The notes beneath the pieces are model-generated. The model was not told where the DNA came from, did not search any database, and was given only the letters and a program-made list of their open reading frames with translations. A stretch of 64,000 nt of DNA from a virus (lineage: Duplodnaviria > Heunggongvirae > Uroviricota > Caudoviricetes): positions 43,200 through 107,199 of IMG/VR virus record IMGVR_UViG_2728369130_000006; one strand, 5' to 3'. Shown here in pieces: positions 8,744 through 17,650 of the stretch (the stretch's first letter is position 1; every line of letters begins with the position of its first letter). A program made the translations under genes and the position numbers.

Positions 8744-9618
8744 TGCTTGAAGATAATTATATATTAGGATTACTGTATGGAGATGGTTATTTTCAGCAGA
8801 AAAATAGATATGAATGGTTTTTGTTTTCTACTACACATAAAGAATTGTCTGATAAAGTTATAAGTTATTTAGATAAAAACAATATTAAATACTTTAATCA
8901 TAGAAGACATTTTCCTAAAGGACATAAAAAAGAAAATTATGAAATTCTTGAATTAATTGAGATTACTGATGAAAAATTCAGAGAGTATCTATTATGTCAA
9001 GGCTTCAATTCAGACAATGCAAGTGAAAGAATTAAATGGAACAGGGATTTTATTAGGGGAATAATTGAGACGAAAGGTTCTCTATTCACTTACCAACATA
9101 GGAACAGTATTGCTTGGCGCATATCTATTAGTGGTAATGAAGATGATGTTAAATATATCAAGCATATGTTGGAAACAGAATTGAATGTTTCAGTAGGCGA
9201 TGTATCCAGAAGAAGAGATAGAGAAAGCAAAGGAATCATTAGTGAATCATACAGACTCAATATTCAGAATAGAGCAGGTGTAAGAGAAGTAGTCAACTTT
9301 ATCAAGGGAGAAAATATATCTAAGTATCTAAATGAAATGATTGAGAAATTTGAGAAATTTGATTTGGAAACTCCATACAACATGAAAAGAAAAGTATTTA
9401 AACATTATAAATTCGCAGTTGGAGCGATGGCTAGAGATTTAGGCATTGTTATCAAAGGAAAGCGTGGAGGGGGAAGAAATTTCAAACCTATATACCTATG
9501 GGAAGGTGATACAGAAATAGCTTGTTTCTCTGGATGGGAAAATGCTTATAAGTGGACGTGTAAAATGTACGAAGAAGAGTTGTGTCGCATTCCGCCAGAA
9601 GTACACAGTGAAGATTGA
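8744..9618 (+). CDS. LAGLIDADG-family homing endonuclease (two-motif, free-standing)
   Basis: LGLLYGDGYF and FIRGIIETKGSL are LAGLIDADG motifs 1 and 2. RBS GAGGTGG before the ATG at 8744. Confidence 0.55.
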
Positions 9619-9853
9619 TAAAACTTTAATTTTATGAAGAGGTGAAAATTTTGGGGAAGCGTTACAATTAATCGGATATCTACTGTATATTTCTATTTTG
9701 TCTCTGGTCAGTTTTATAATGTTTAATCTAATTTTTACACTCCCCCAATCAATCATCTTGGTGTTGTCAACATTGTTAATCTCATTTATGTTGGGGTGGG
9801 AATTTAGAGATATTGATGTGTGGGAAAAATATTAATTATTAATAGAGGAGTAG

Positions 9854-10066
9854 GTGATATTTATGCATCTAAATATTGTGCATGGCGATTACACTTTCGC
9901 CGCATGGAGAGATGGAGAAGATAAAAAGTTTAATAAAAAAGTTCATGAATTAAGAATGCAAGGTTACAGGAAGGTAGGAAAAGATTGCGATTATCTTAAT
10001 TATTATGAATATTACAAGAAAAAGAAGAATAAGAAAGTTATCACTTTAACGATTATGTGTTCTTGA
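9854..10066 (+). CDS. hypothetical small protein
   Basis: RBS GAGGAG. Confidence 0.4.
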   Translation: MIFMHLNIVHGDYTFAAWRDGEDKKFNKKVHELRMQGYRKVGKDCDYLNYYEYYKKKKNKKVITLTIMCS

Positions 10067-10077
10067 GGAGTAGTGAA

Positions 10078-10299
10078 ATGAAAGAAAATAAAAAAGGAAA
10101 CACAGAAACAAACAAAAGAGATAGACACCTGAATGACGAAATGCATGAAATATTGCAGTTGTTTATAGAAAATGGCAAGAAAGCAACAGGATATTTTGAA
10201 ATAGGTAAGATTGGTACGGAATCAATGATAAAAATCAAAAGGGAGAATATTGAAAGCACAGAGCATCTGATTAGAGAACTGATAAAGATTCACGCTTAA
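10078..10299 (+). CDS. hypothetical small protein
   Basis: RBS GAGGAG before the ATG at 10078. Confidence 0.4.
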   Translation: MKENKKGNTETNKRDRHLNDEMHEILQLFIENGKKATGYFEIGKIGTESMIKIKRENIESTEHLIRELIKIHA

Positions 10300-10356
10300 A
10301 ATTCAAAGCAAAGATTTAAAAGAAAAAATATCAACACATCAATTGGAGGTAAAACC

Positions 10357-10581
10357 ATGGTTACAATTGAAGAAATGATTGCACAGTTGTCTGACGATGA
10401 ATTACGTCAAGCTTTTAATGAGATTTTAGAATGGAGAGCTACATGAGAGTTATCGATAGATGGTATAGTTAGAAACGTACTATCCAGATATAATAATCAA
10501 GGATTTAACTATCCACTTCATGTTATAGATACTCCCTTCTTATTTGAAATTTCAAGAAGGCATTATCAGGAGGGAGAGTAA
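10357..10581 (+). pseudogene. paralog of the 7924 gene interrupted by an in-frame TGA (10444-10446)
   Basis: The frame reads MVTIEEMIAQLSDDELRQAFNEILEWRAT*ELSIDGIVRNV...FLFEISRR. The 7924 product reads ...LSDEKLKEAFEEIVEWRKDGVLKAGVIRNI...LFEISKR. Confidence 0.45.
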
Positions 10582-10700
10582 TTGAAATTTGATTTAAAAA
10601 ACCATGCAAAGACTGTCCTTTTATCAAGGGGAGTTCTACTAATCGTACATTATCTAAAGAAAGATTAGATGGCATTGTAGATGACATTAGTAACAATGAT

Positions 10701-10883
10701 ATGACTTTTACATGTCATAAAACTTTAAATCTTCCTGAAAGAGAACAACAACACTGTGCGGGTGCTCTAATTTATTTAGAGAGAGAAGATAATCCTAATC
10801 AGATGATGAGAATCGCAGAACGATTAGAGCTTTATGATCGTAGAGAGTTGAATATGACCGCGGACATTATCGACAAAAAGTAA
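10701..10883 (+). CDS. hypothetical protein, possibly N-terminally truncated or frameshifted
   Basis: The frame is open upstream to 10593 and encodes CKDCPF without a canonical start. A TTG ORF at 10582 lies in the +1 frame. Confidence 0.3.
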   Translation: MTFTCHKTLNLPEREQQHCAGALIYLEREDNPNQMMRIAERLELYDRRELNMTADIIDKK

Positions 10884-10898
10884 ATTTTAAATATTCTG

Positions 10899-10927
10899 TT
10901 GACAAAAGATAATAAAATTGATATAAT
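10899..10927 (+). promoter_or_regulatory. sigma-A-like promoter TTGACA-17-TATAAT
   Basis: Read directly from the sequence. Confidence 0.45.
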
Positions 10928-11071
10928 TATTAATAAATAATGAAATATAATTGACAAACACTTTTTAATTGAAAAATGTTATCATTGGAGAGAGTTATAA
11001 TATGATTAGCAGTAATAACATAAAGAATTGGCGTTCAACAATCTATAAAACTGAGTAAAGGAAGAGAACAT

Positions 11072-11464
11072 ATGAGAAATGTCTTTAAATTCAAAGTTGG
11101 TGATCAAATAAGAATTAAAAAAGAATTAATTCTTGGTGAAGCATATTCAATGCAAAATTCGGACATAACGAGTATACTCACAAAAGAAATGAGTAAGCAC
11201 CTTGGAGAAAGGGCTACAATTATGGCCGTTTCTGAAAAGGGTTATACTTTAGACATTTCTCCAAGGTGCTATTTCGTTGACGAAATGTTAAAGCGCGTAA
11301 TTGATCTAAAAGCGAAGTCATTATATACACCAATTAGAGAGGTAGAAGAATTTCACGAACATATGCTTCGCTTGGTTAAGAAACAGCAGATTGATCAAGT
11401 GCTTGACACAAAAAACAAAAAATTATTTAGCCAATTATTAAACAATAAAAATTATCCGAAATAA
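11072..11464 (+). CDS. hypothetical protein
   Basis: RBS AAGGAAGAG. Confidence 0.45.
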   Translation: MRNVFKFKVGDQIRIKKELILGEAYSMQNSDITSILTKEMSKHLGERATIMAVSEKGYTLDISPRCYFVDEMLKRVIDLKAKSLYTPIREVEEFHEHMLRLVKKQQIDQVLDTKNKKLFSQLLNNKNYPK

Positions 11465-11481
11465 ACATCGAATCATTATGT

Positions 11482-11511
11482 TTGATTAAAACTCATTAAT
11501 AATGATATAAT
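11482..11511 (+). promoter_or_regulatory. promoter with a variant conserved spacer (AAACTCATTAATAATGA, TATAAT)
   Basis: Read directly from the sequence. No protein gene lies directly downstream. Confidence 0.4.
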
Positions 11512-11536
11512 AGTGATATAAGGTGAGGGGAGGAGG

Positions 11537-11554
11537 ATGCGAACAATTCTTTGA
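11537..11554 (+). other. 5-codon mini-ORF (MRTIL*) behind a strong RBS
   Basis: aggtgaggggaggagg followed by ATG cga aca att ctt tga. Confidence 0.25.
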
Positions 11555-11736
11555 AAATGTTGTGGTAAAATAAGTAAAATAATGTGTATACAATTCATAA
11601 GAAAAAGTAAAAATAAACGTAAATAAACAGAAAGGACTGAGCATAAAAGGCTGTCAATAAGACGCTTTTTAATCACTCACAATTCGAATACACTCCGTCT
11701 TATATAGGTTCTAAGTTAACATTATTAATCATATTT

Positions 11737-11765
11737 TTGACTATATATACATTAAATGATAAAAT
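11737..11765 (+). promoter_or_regulatory. promoter TTGACT-17-TAAAAT
   Basis: Read directly from the sequence. Lies upstream of the 11833 gene. Confidence 0.4.
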
Positions 11766-11832
11766 TTTAAACAGAAAAATCACCCTAGAACCATTGATAT
11801 AAGCAAATAAATGAGAATCTACATAAAACGAA

Positions 11833-12900
11833 TTGGGAGATGATTTTGGTATGGTGATGAACATGACAAAAGAAATTAATAATGATTTATTTAACGCAAA
11901 AGTAAAAGAAGATTACCTATCTGAAATGGTTGAAAACCATAGTATTTCAGAAGCTACAGTTACCAGTTATAGGAGAATATTTACCATTACCGCAGAATAT
12001 GAAAACGCATTGAAAAAAGATTTGAATCAATTCAATTTCCAAGAAGTTGAAACAATCTTATATGGTTTTAACTCAAAACACAAAAACACTGTTGAAGGCT
12101 ATGCGAGAATAATTTCATCTTATTTGAAGTGGTCGGTACGGAAAGGACTGACTAATGAAAATGTACTCCAAGATTTAAAGCCAACTGATTTCGAAAAATA
12201 TGTAACAGAGGCAGAAGAATACATTACAGAGAAGCAATTGAGAAGATATGAAGATTTAACTGAAAATTATCAAGACTCTGCACTGTTGAGACTTTACTTT
12301 TTAGGAGTAGGCGGGAAGAATTTATCGGAAATTAGATATTTTGAGAAGACAGATATTGATTTCAACAATAAAATATTAAGGCTAAAAAATGTATTTGAAG
12401 AAGGAAATAGTGATAATGATTTTGAACCGATTAAATTCACTGAAAGGTATTTGCCAGTAGACGATAGGACGCTCTATTTACTTAAAGGAGCAATGAATCA
12501 AAAGGTTTACATGAAGAAGAATGGTAATATATCACATTTGAAAAATAATGTTAAACCTTATATGGATTTGGTCGATAACAAGTATGTATTCAGGCCATCG
12601 ATTTCAAACTTGCAAAATTGGAGAAGTCCTATTAAAAAGCATGTCCTATTCACGAGGATAAATCAACTCGCAGAAAACCTTGGTATTGATTATTTAACAT
12701 CTAAGTTTCTCCAGAGAAGTGGGATGATTTATTATGCAAGCCAACTTGTAAAAGATGGTGTGCTTTCTTATCAAGATAGGCAAATGGTTGCAGAGCATTA
12801 TAACGTTAAATCTGCTACCAATTTAAGAGGATTTCTAACAATTGAAAATATTATTAAGACGTACCCGCAAGTTGTTGAAGGAGATGATAAAGTTGAGTAG
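11833..12900 (+). CDS. hypothetical protein, with an N-terminal region weakly resembling the SAM-like core-binding domain of tyrosine recombinases
   Basis: 355-aa ORF. No R-H-R-Y catalytic signature recognised. Confidence 0.35.
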   Translation: MGDDFGMVMNMTKEINNDLFNAKVKEDYLSEMVENHSISEATVTSYRRIFTITAEYENALKKDLNQFNFQEVETILYGFNSKHKNTVEGYARIISSYLKWSVRKGLTNENVLQDLKPTDFEKYVTEAEEYITEKQLRRYEDLTENYQDSALLRLYFLGVGGKNLSEIRYFEKTDIDFNNKILRLKNVFEEGNSDNDFEPIKFTERYLPVDDRTLYLLKGAMNQKVYMKKNGNISHLKNNVKPYMDLVDNKYVFRPSISNLQNWRSPIKKHVLFTRINQLAENLGIDYLTSKFLQRSGMIYYASQLVKDGVLSYQDRQMVAEHYNVKSATNLRGFLTIENIIKTYPQVVEGDDKVE

Positions 12901-13231
12901 AGCAAGCAACAAGAAACCCTACACCATTCATAAGATCGAGATGCACATTAATAAAGAAAGATTGAAAATGCTTCTAGAAAGCAGAGGCATTGGTGAATAT
13001 AAAGATTTATATGAACTGATAAAAGACAAATATGGGTTAGACCTTTCTTATAAAGGGTTTATGAGCCTATTGTCGAATCAGTCTACTTGGAAATTGCTTT
13101 ATGCCTGGGCAATTGCAAAGGTTGTAAATGTAAATATACCAGACATTTTCAATGAAGTTCAAATTGATGTAGAGAAAAAGAAGAAGGAAAAAGAGAAGTG
13201 GAAAGAAGAGTATCAGAATAAGGGTAAGTAA
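12893..13231 (+). CDS. putative HTH (XRE-like) DNA-binding protein
   Basis: LSYKGFMSLLSNQSTWKLLYAWAIAKVVNVNIPDIF resembles an HTH followed by the ...DELF ending. Start uncertain (TTG at 12893). Confidence 0.3.
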   Translation: MSRASNKKPYTIHKIEMHINKERLKMLLESRGIGEYKDLYELIKDKYGLDLSYKGFMSLLSNQSTWKLLYAWAIAKVVNVNIPDIFNEVQIDVEKKKKEKEKWKEEYQNKGK

Positions 13232-13386
13232 AGTTCTACCCTTATTCTACATACATAACCAAAAAAAGAGTAGACATTACTAAAGTCTTATGATATAGTA
13301 ACCATACAGAAAAAATACGAACACATGATCGGTTTTTAGATTGACGATCAAGAGTGTACAACTAAATAAAAGGGAGAGGTTAATTT

Positions 13387-13773
13387 ATGTTACAAGTATT
13401 TGTGGAAGTGGCCGAACAATTCATCCAATCTTTATCACTGCCTTCAATTGCAAAAGGGATATTGAAGTCAGAAGATGATTGCGATCTTTTCTTTAAAAAA
13501 TTCTATAAGAGAAATAGAAGCAAATTGGATGATTTGCTCGATTTCAAAGAATATAAAATTTCAAACTCGCAAATGACTTTAGATAGATTTTTAGATAATT
13601 GCCGTACCTATGGGATTCATAAAATATTTGAAGAAACTTTTATGCAATCTTTCTCACCAGAAGACATTGAAATTATAAACAAGGCATTAGATGGTGGAAG
13701 AGTGACGTTAGAGAAAATTTACATAAACTTTGTTTCTAACCCTCACAAAAACATTATGAAGAATGTTTTATAA
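13387..13773 (+). CDS. hypothetical protein
   Basis: RBS AGGGAGAGG. Confidence 0.4.
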   Translation: MLQVFVEVAEQFIQSLSLPSIAKGILKSEDDCDLFFKKFYKRNRSKLDDLLDFKEYKISNSQMTLDRFLDNCRTYGIHKIFEETFMQSFSPEDIEIINKALDGGRVTLEKIYINFVSNPHKNIMKNVL

Positions 13774-13777
13774 CGCC

Positions 13778-13806
13778 TTGACAAAAATGATTAATAATGT
13801 TATAAT
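13778..13806 (+). promoter_or_regulatory. promoter TTGACA-AAAATGATTAATAATGT-TATAAT
   Basis: Read directly from the sequence. Confidence 0.5.
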
Positions 13807-13819
13807 AATTGTATGTTGT

Positions 13820-13843
13820 GAGGGAGATCACCTCTCCCTTTTC
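13820..13843 (+). terminator. small hairpin with a T-run between the two motif copies
   Basis: gagggaga-tcacc-tctccctt followed by tt. Confidence 0.35.
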
Positions 13844-13847
13844 AGTA

Positions 13848-13863
13848 CAAAACTAATTAATAA
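13848..13863 (+). promoter_or_regulatory. conserved AAACTAATTAATAATG element without a -10 hexamer, 20 nt before the ATG
   Basis: acaaaactaattaataatgaatcaggagg followed by the ATG at 13883. Confidence 0.4.
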
Positions 13864-13882
13864 TGAATCAGGAGGATTTTGA

Positions 13883-15028
13883 ATGGCAGAATTGCAACAA
13901 ACTAAGAATAGCTTTAGATTTAAAGGGAAAGTGACTCGAATCGATAAGGACGGAGCTTTCAAAGAGGATGTTTCCAAAAATCAAGGCAAGTTATATAGAA
14001 GCTTACGTTTTGGAGTGAAAACAAGCCCGAATAATGAAATGATGGTTTCTATGTTTGATTTTAAACCAGACGAGGTTTTCTTATGGAATAGCGAAAAAGC
14101 AAAAAAAGCAAAAGAAGAGAATAAGTCTTATAAAGGAGAAAGGATTCCTTTTGAAGAGTGGGTAGAGAAAGAAGACGAGCTTAGGGAATCAGGATATGCA
14201 GTGTTGCAATCGAGAATTGGCCTTGAATATGATGAAGATGGTAAATTAAATAGTAAGGGTGTACCCTCTTATGTTGCCTCGAAAGAAATTTATGATCAAT
14301 TAAGTAATAATGACAGTGTAGTAGTGGAAGGCAAGATTCGATATAATACATATGAGAATCAACAAGGCAAGACGGTTGAGAGAAAAGACTTTCAAATAGA
14401 AAAAGTACATAGATTAAAAGATATTGATTTTGAAAGTGAAAAATTTGAGGAAGTTACATATTTTGAGCAAGACATGGTTTATGTTGATGCAGAATTGGAT
14501 AGGGAACAAAATAAGGTCTATATAACTGGTCGAACAATTGACTATAATAAAAATTGGCATGATTCTCAATTTGTAATCGATTATTCCGATGGTCAAGACG
14601 GAATTGATGAAGGTATGAAGAAGCTTGGAGATTCGTTTTTAAAACGTATTAAGTTTGGAGACCTTGTTTCGGTATTCGGAAACGCTTTGAATCAAATGGT
14701 CGTAGAAGAATCTGAGGATGAGGAAGAAAATCCAGATGAATTATTGAAATCTCTTGGAGGAAGGTCTAAACCTGCACATGCACAGAAATACACCATTCGA
14801 AATTACATTCAAGAGATGAGAATTGAAGGTATTGATGCATGGGAAAGAAAAATGTATAAAGAAGAGGATTTTGTAGACAATGGTTTGCTTCAAAAAGATG
14901 AAGACCTTCAAAATGAATTAGGTGGCAAATCTAAAAAAGAATCTAGCAATCCTTTTGATACTGATGACGATCCATTCGCAAATGATGGAAAGCCGATTGA
15001 CATCTCTGATGATGATTTACCTTTCTGA
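13883..15028 (+). CDS. SSB-like single-stranded DNA-binding protein with an acidic C-terminal tail
   Basis: C-terminus DISDDDLPF mimics the SSB tail DDDIPF. Position lies next to the recombinase ATPase. Confidence 0.45.
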   Translation: MAELQQTKNSFRFKGKVTRIDKDGAFKEDVSKNQGKLYRSLRFGVKTSPNNEMMVSMFDFKPDEVFLWNSEKAKKAKEENKSYKGERIPFEEWVEKEDELRESGYAVLQSRIGLEYDEDGKLNSKGVPSYVASKEIYDQLSNNDSVVVEGKIRYNTYENQQGKTVERKDFQIEKVHRLKDIDFESEKFEEVTYFEQDMVYVDAELDREQNKVYITGRTIDYNKNWHDSQFVIDYSDGQDGIDEGMKKLGDSFLKRIKFGDLVSVFGNALNQMVVEESEDEEENPDELLKSLGGRSKPAHAQKYTIRNYIQEMRIEGIDAWERKMYKEEDFVDNGLLQKDEDLQNELGGKSKKESSNPFDTDDDPFANDGKPIDISDDDLPF

Positions 15029-15053
15029 TAAAACTAATTAATAATGATAAAAT
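15025..15053 (+). promoter_or_regulatory. promoter-like copy of the conserved element (weak -35, -10 TAAAAT)
   Basis: Read directly from the sequence. Confidence 0.4.
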
Positions 15054-15148
15054 AAACATATTAAACTGATAACGTAATAAACGTAGGATGTTAAATCAAG
15101 AATGGAAGCATCCCCATTCACAATTAAATGTGAAAAAGGGGAAAATAT

Positions 15149-16217
15149 AATGTCATTTTTAAAACAACTTAAACCAAACAAACCAACAGCAAGCTTGGAA
15201 GGATATTTTATCTCAATGCTCGCAAAGTCAAAGTTTGGGAAAACGACTTTCTCAGTAGATTTAGCAAAAGAGTTCTATGGAAATTTAGATAGTACACTGC
15301 TCTTGGCTACTGAGATTGGATATAAAACAATGGATGGAGTCTTTGCTGTTCCAGTTACAGGATTTGATTACGCGGAAGAAGATGATGGTCAACAACGTGG
15401 TTTTATTGAGACGATTGATGAGCTGATTGAAAACAAATCTGATGTTCCGTTTCGATTTATCATCATTGACACTATCACAGCTTTAGAAAGATATGCGATT
15501 GCATATGTCTTAAGAAAAGCGGGTCGTGAAGATGGTAAACGATATACAGACATCTCTGATATCCCTTGGGGGAAAGGCTACAATATGGTGGCTGAAGAAA
15601 TTTACAAGCAGATTGATAGACTTAAGAAAGCTGGATTCGGTGTATTCATTATCGGTCATGAAAAAACGCGTAAGATTACAAATAAAGATGGTTTTGAATA
15701 TGATTATACGACATTCAATGTGTTGTCAAAGACCTCTGATATTATCGAGCGCGAAGCGGATATGATCATCTATGGTGATCTGCAAGTCGAAAAAAGTGAA
15801 GAAGGTAAAGCTTTTGAGACTAGAAAACTTCGCTTTCGTAGTGATGGAAATATCCTTTGTGGAACGCGATTCCGCACCTTTCCAAGTGTGATTGATAATG
15901 ACGCAAAAATTTTCGTGAAAACTTTCAAAGAAGCAATTTTGGGATTATACAATGGTGACGAAAAGGCCGTTGCAGAGGCTCAAAAAGAACAGAAAGAAGA
16001 AGCGGAAGTAAAGGCAGAAAAATCAATTGAAAAGGAAAAACGATCTGCTGAATTTTTAATTAAAGACATTGAAAAAATAGTTGGAAGTTTAGACAACGAT
16101 GTTAAGAAAGAAATTGCTGTTTATTTCAAAGAAATCCTAGGTAATGTAAACTTTAGGAAATCCGAAGACGTAGATGCTTTGGAAAAGGCTTTAAAATTTG
16201 TGAAAAGCAAACGGTAA
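15149..16217 (+). CDS. AAA_24/Sak4-like RecA-fold ATPase (phage recombination)
   Basis: P-loop AKSKFGKTT. The hydrophobic stretch FRFIIIDTIT resembles a Walker B motif. Confidence 0.5.
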
Positions 16218-16231
16218 TCAAACAATAAAAT

Positions 16232-16266
16232 AGTAGGAAGCTTATGCCTTCCTACTATTTTTTTAT
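16232..16266 (+). terminator. rho-independent terminator
   Basis: agtaggaag-cttatgc-cttcctact followed by atttttttat. Confidence 0.55.
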
Positions 16267-16312
16267 CCTTTAACACATCATTCTAGAGTAACGATTCTAG
16301 GAAGTGATAAAT

Positions 16313-16987
16313 ATGAAGAAAAATAAAATTACAACATGTGTACTTGCTGTAGGGCTGGTAGTGTCGGTAGGCGGTTGGACTTTAGCACATGATGATGTAA
16401 ATCGCCTTAAAAATGAAACAGAAGAACAGAAAAAAGATTTAGACAATAAAGAAGCCAAGATAGCCAACCTAGATGATGTTGTTAAAAACAAGGATAAAGA
16501 ACTAAAAGAGAATAAAAAGGTTATCGTAAAAAAAGAATCACAAATTGAAAATAAAGAAAAACTTTTAAAGAAGAAAAATAAAGAGATTAAGCAATTAAAA
16601 AATAAACTAAATAAAAAAGAACAGAAAAATTTTAATATCGAGAAGAAAGGAAGTGATGTGGGCGGTTATCACATTGGGAAATTTGAGATGACTTCCTATA
16701 TTGCAATGTGTCAAGAAGGATGTACAGGGATCACAAGGACAGGAATAGATATTAAAGATCGTATTACCTATGAAGGGTACAGAATTATAGCAACCGATCC
16801 AAATGTAATACCGCTATGGTCTATTGTTAAAATTCACACAAAGTCAGGAAGTTTTACCGCTATAAGCCTTGATACAGGTGGAGGCATCAAAGGTAAAATA
16901 ATTGATTTCTTAGTATCATCCGAGAATGAAGCCAGAATAAATGGTAGGCAGATGGTGGATATAGAGATTATTAGAAGGGGGAAGTGA
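16313..16987 (+). CDS. membrane-anchored coiled-coil protein with a C-terminal 3D domain (MltA/YuiC-like peptidoglycan-binding or lytic fold)
   Basis: Transmembrane helix, K/E-rich coiled coil, and a 3D-like pattern in TGGGIKG....D. Confidence 0.45.
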   Translation: MKKNKITTCVLAVGLVVSVGGWTLAHDDVNRLKNETEEQKKDLDNKEAKIANLDDVVKNKDKELKENKKVIVKKESQIENKEKLLKKKNKEIKQLKNKLNKKEQKNFNIEKKGSDVGGYHIGKFEMTSYIAMCQEGCTGITRTGIDIKDRITYEGYRIIATDPNVIPLWSIVKIHTKSGSFTAISLDTGGGIKGKIIDFLVSSENEARINGRQMVDIEIIRRGK

Positions 16988-16990
16988 GAA

Positions 16991-17575
16991 ATGGAAATCT
17001 TCATTCTGGAAGGGTGCAGAGGAACTGGTAAAACATCTGTGGCAATTAAGTTACGCCAAAGAACCCCAGAAACTACTTTAATCAACTTTACAGGATTTCA
17101 TGATGATGGAGAGAGTGGTTTAAGCAAAGTTAAGCATTACTATGATTCGTGGATGAACGCGCTTTTTTCTCTAAGTAGTCATCAATCAAAATTTGTTTTC
17201 GACAGATTTTATTTTTCTGAAATGGTATATTCTCACCTCTATAAAGAATATTCTTTCAAGGATAATTACGAAAATTTAAATGACTTATTAGAAGACCTAT
17301 CGGAAATGGGAGTGAAAATTCATATTATCCTATTGACCATTAATGATGAAACCGAACTTTCATCTAGATTAATGAGAGATAAAGTTCCTTTCAATAAGGT
17401 AGATGATAATGTTCAAGAGTCATTAAAACAACAAGAAATTTATAAGAAATTGTTTGATCAATTTTATTTTAAATACGGAAGTGAAAATTTGCAACTACAT
17501 GAAATTGATACAAGTGGCAAAGAAAGTGATGAAGTTTTTAATTTAATTATTGAAAATCTAAATAAAGGCCGTTAA
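16991..17575 (+). CDS. P-loop (deoxy)nucleotide kinase-like protein
   Basis: FILEGCRGTGKTS resembles the dNMP/thymidylate kinase P-loop. Confidence 0.4.
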   Translation: MEIFILEGCRGTGKTSVAIKLRQRTPETTLINFTGFHDDGESGLSKVKHYYDSWMNALFSLSSHQSKFVFDRFYFSEMVYSHLYKEYSFKDNYENLNDLLEDLSEMGVKIHIILLTINDETELSSRLMRDKVPFNKVDDNVQESLKQQEIYKKLFDQFYFKYGSENLQLHEIDTSGKESDEVFNLIIENLNKGR

Positions 17576-17591
17576 TCGGTCTTTATTTAGA

Positions 17592-17620
17592 TTGACCAAA
17601 CCAATTAATAATGATATAAT
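17592..17620 (+). promoter_or_regulatory. promoter TTGACC-AAACCAATTAATAATGA-TATAAT
   Basis: Read directly from the sequence. Confidence 0.55.
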
Positions 17621-17650
17621 AATAATATGAAAAATAAAAGGGGGATTGCT

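Noticed and set aside
10944-10990. Second TTGACA (10951) downstream of the 10899 promoter as a tandem promoter
   Set aside because: No acceptable -10 hexamer lies 16-18 nt downstream; only a weak TGTTATCAT at 10974-10982 is present.
11833-12900. Calling this ORF a tyrosine integrase
   Set aside because: Only a weak resemblance to the N-terminal SAM-like core-binding domain. I could not find the catalytic R...HxxR...Y tetrad in the C-terminal half, so it is left as hypothetical.
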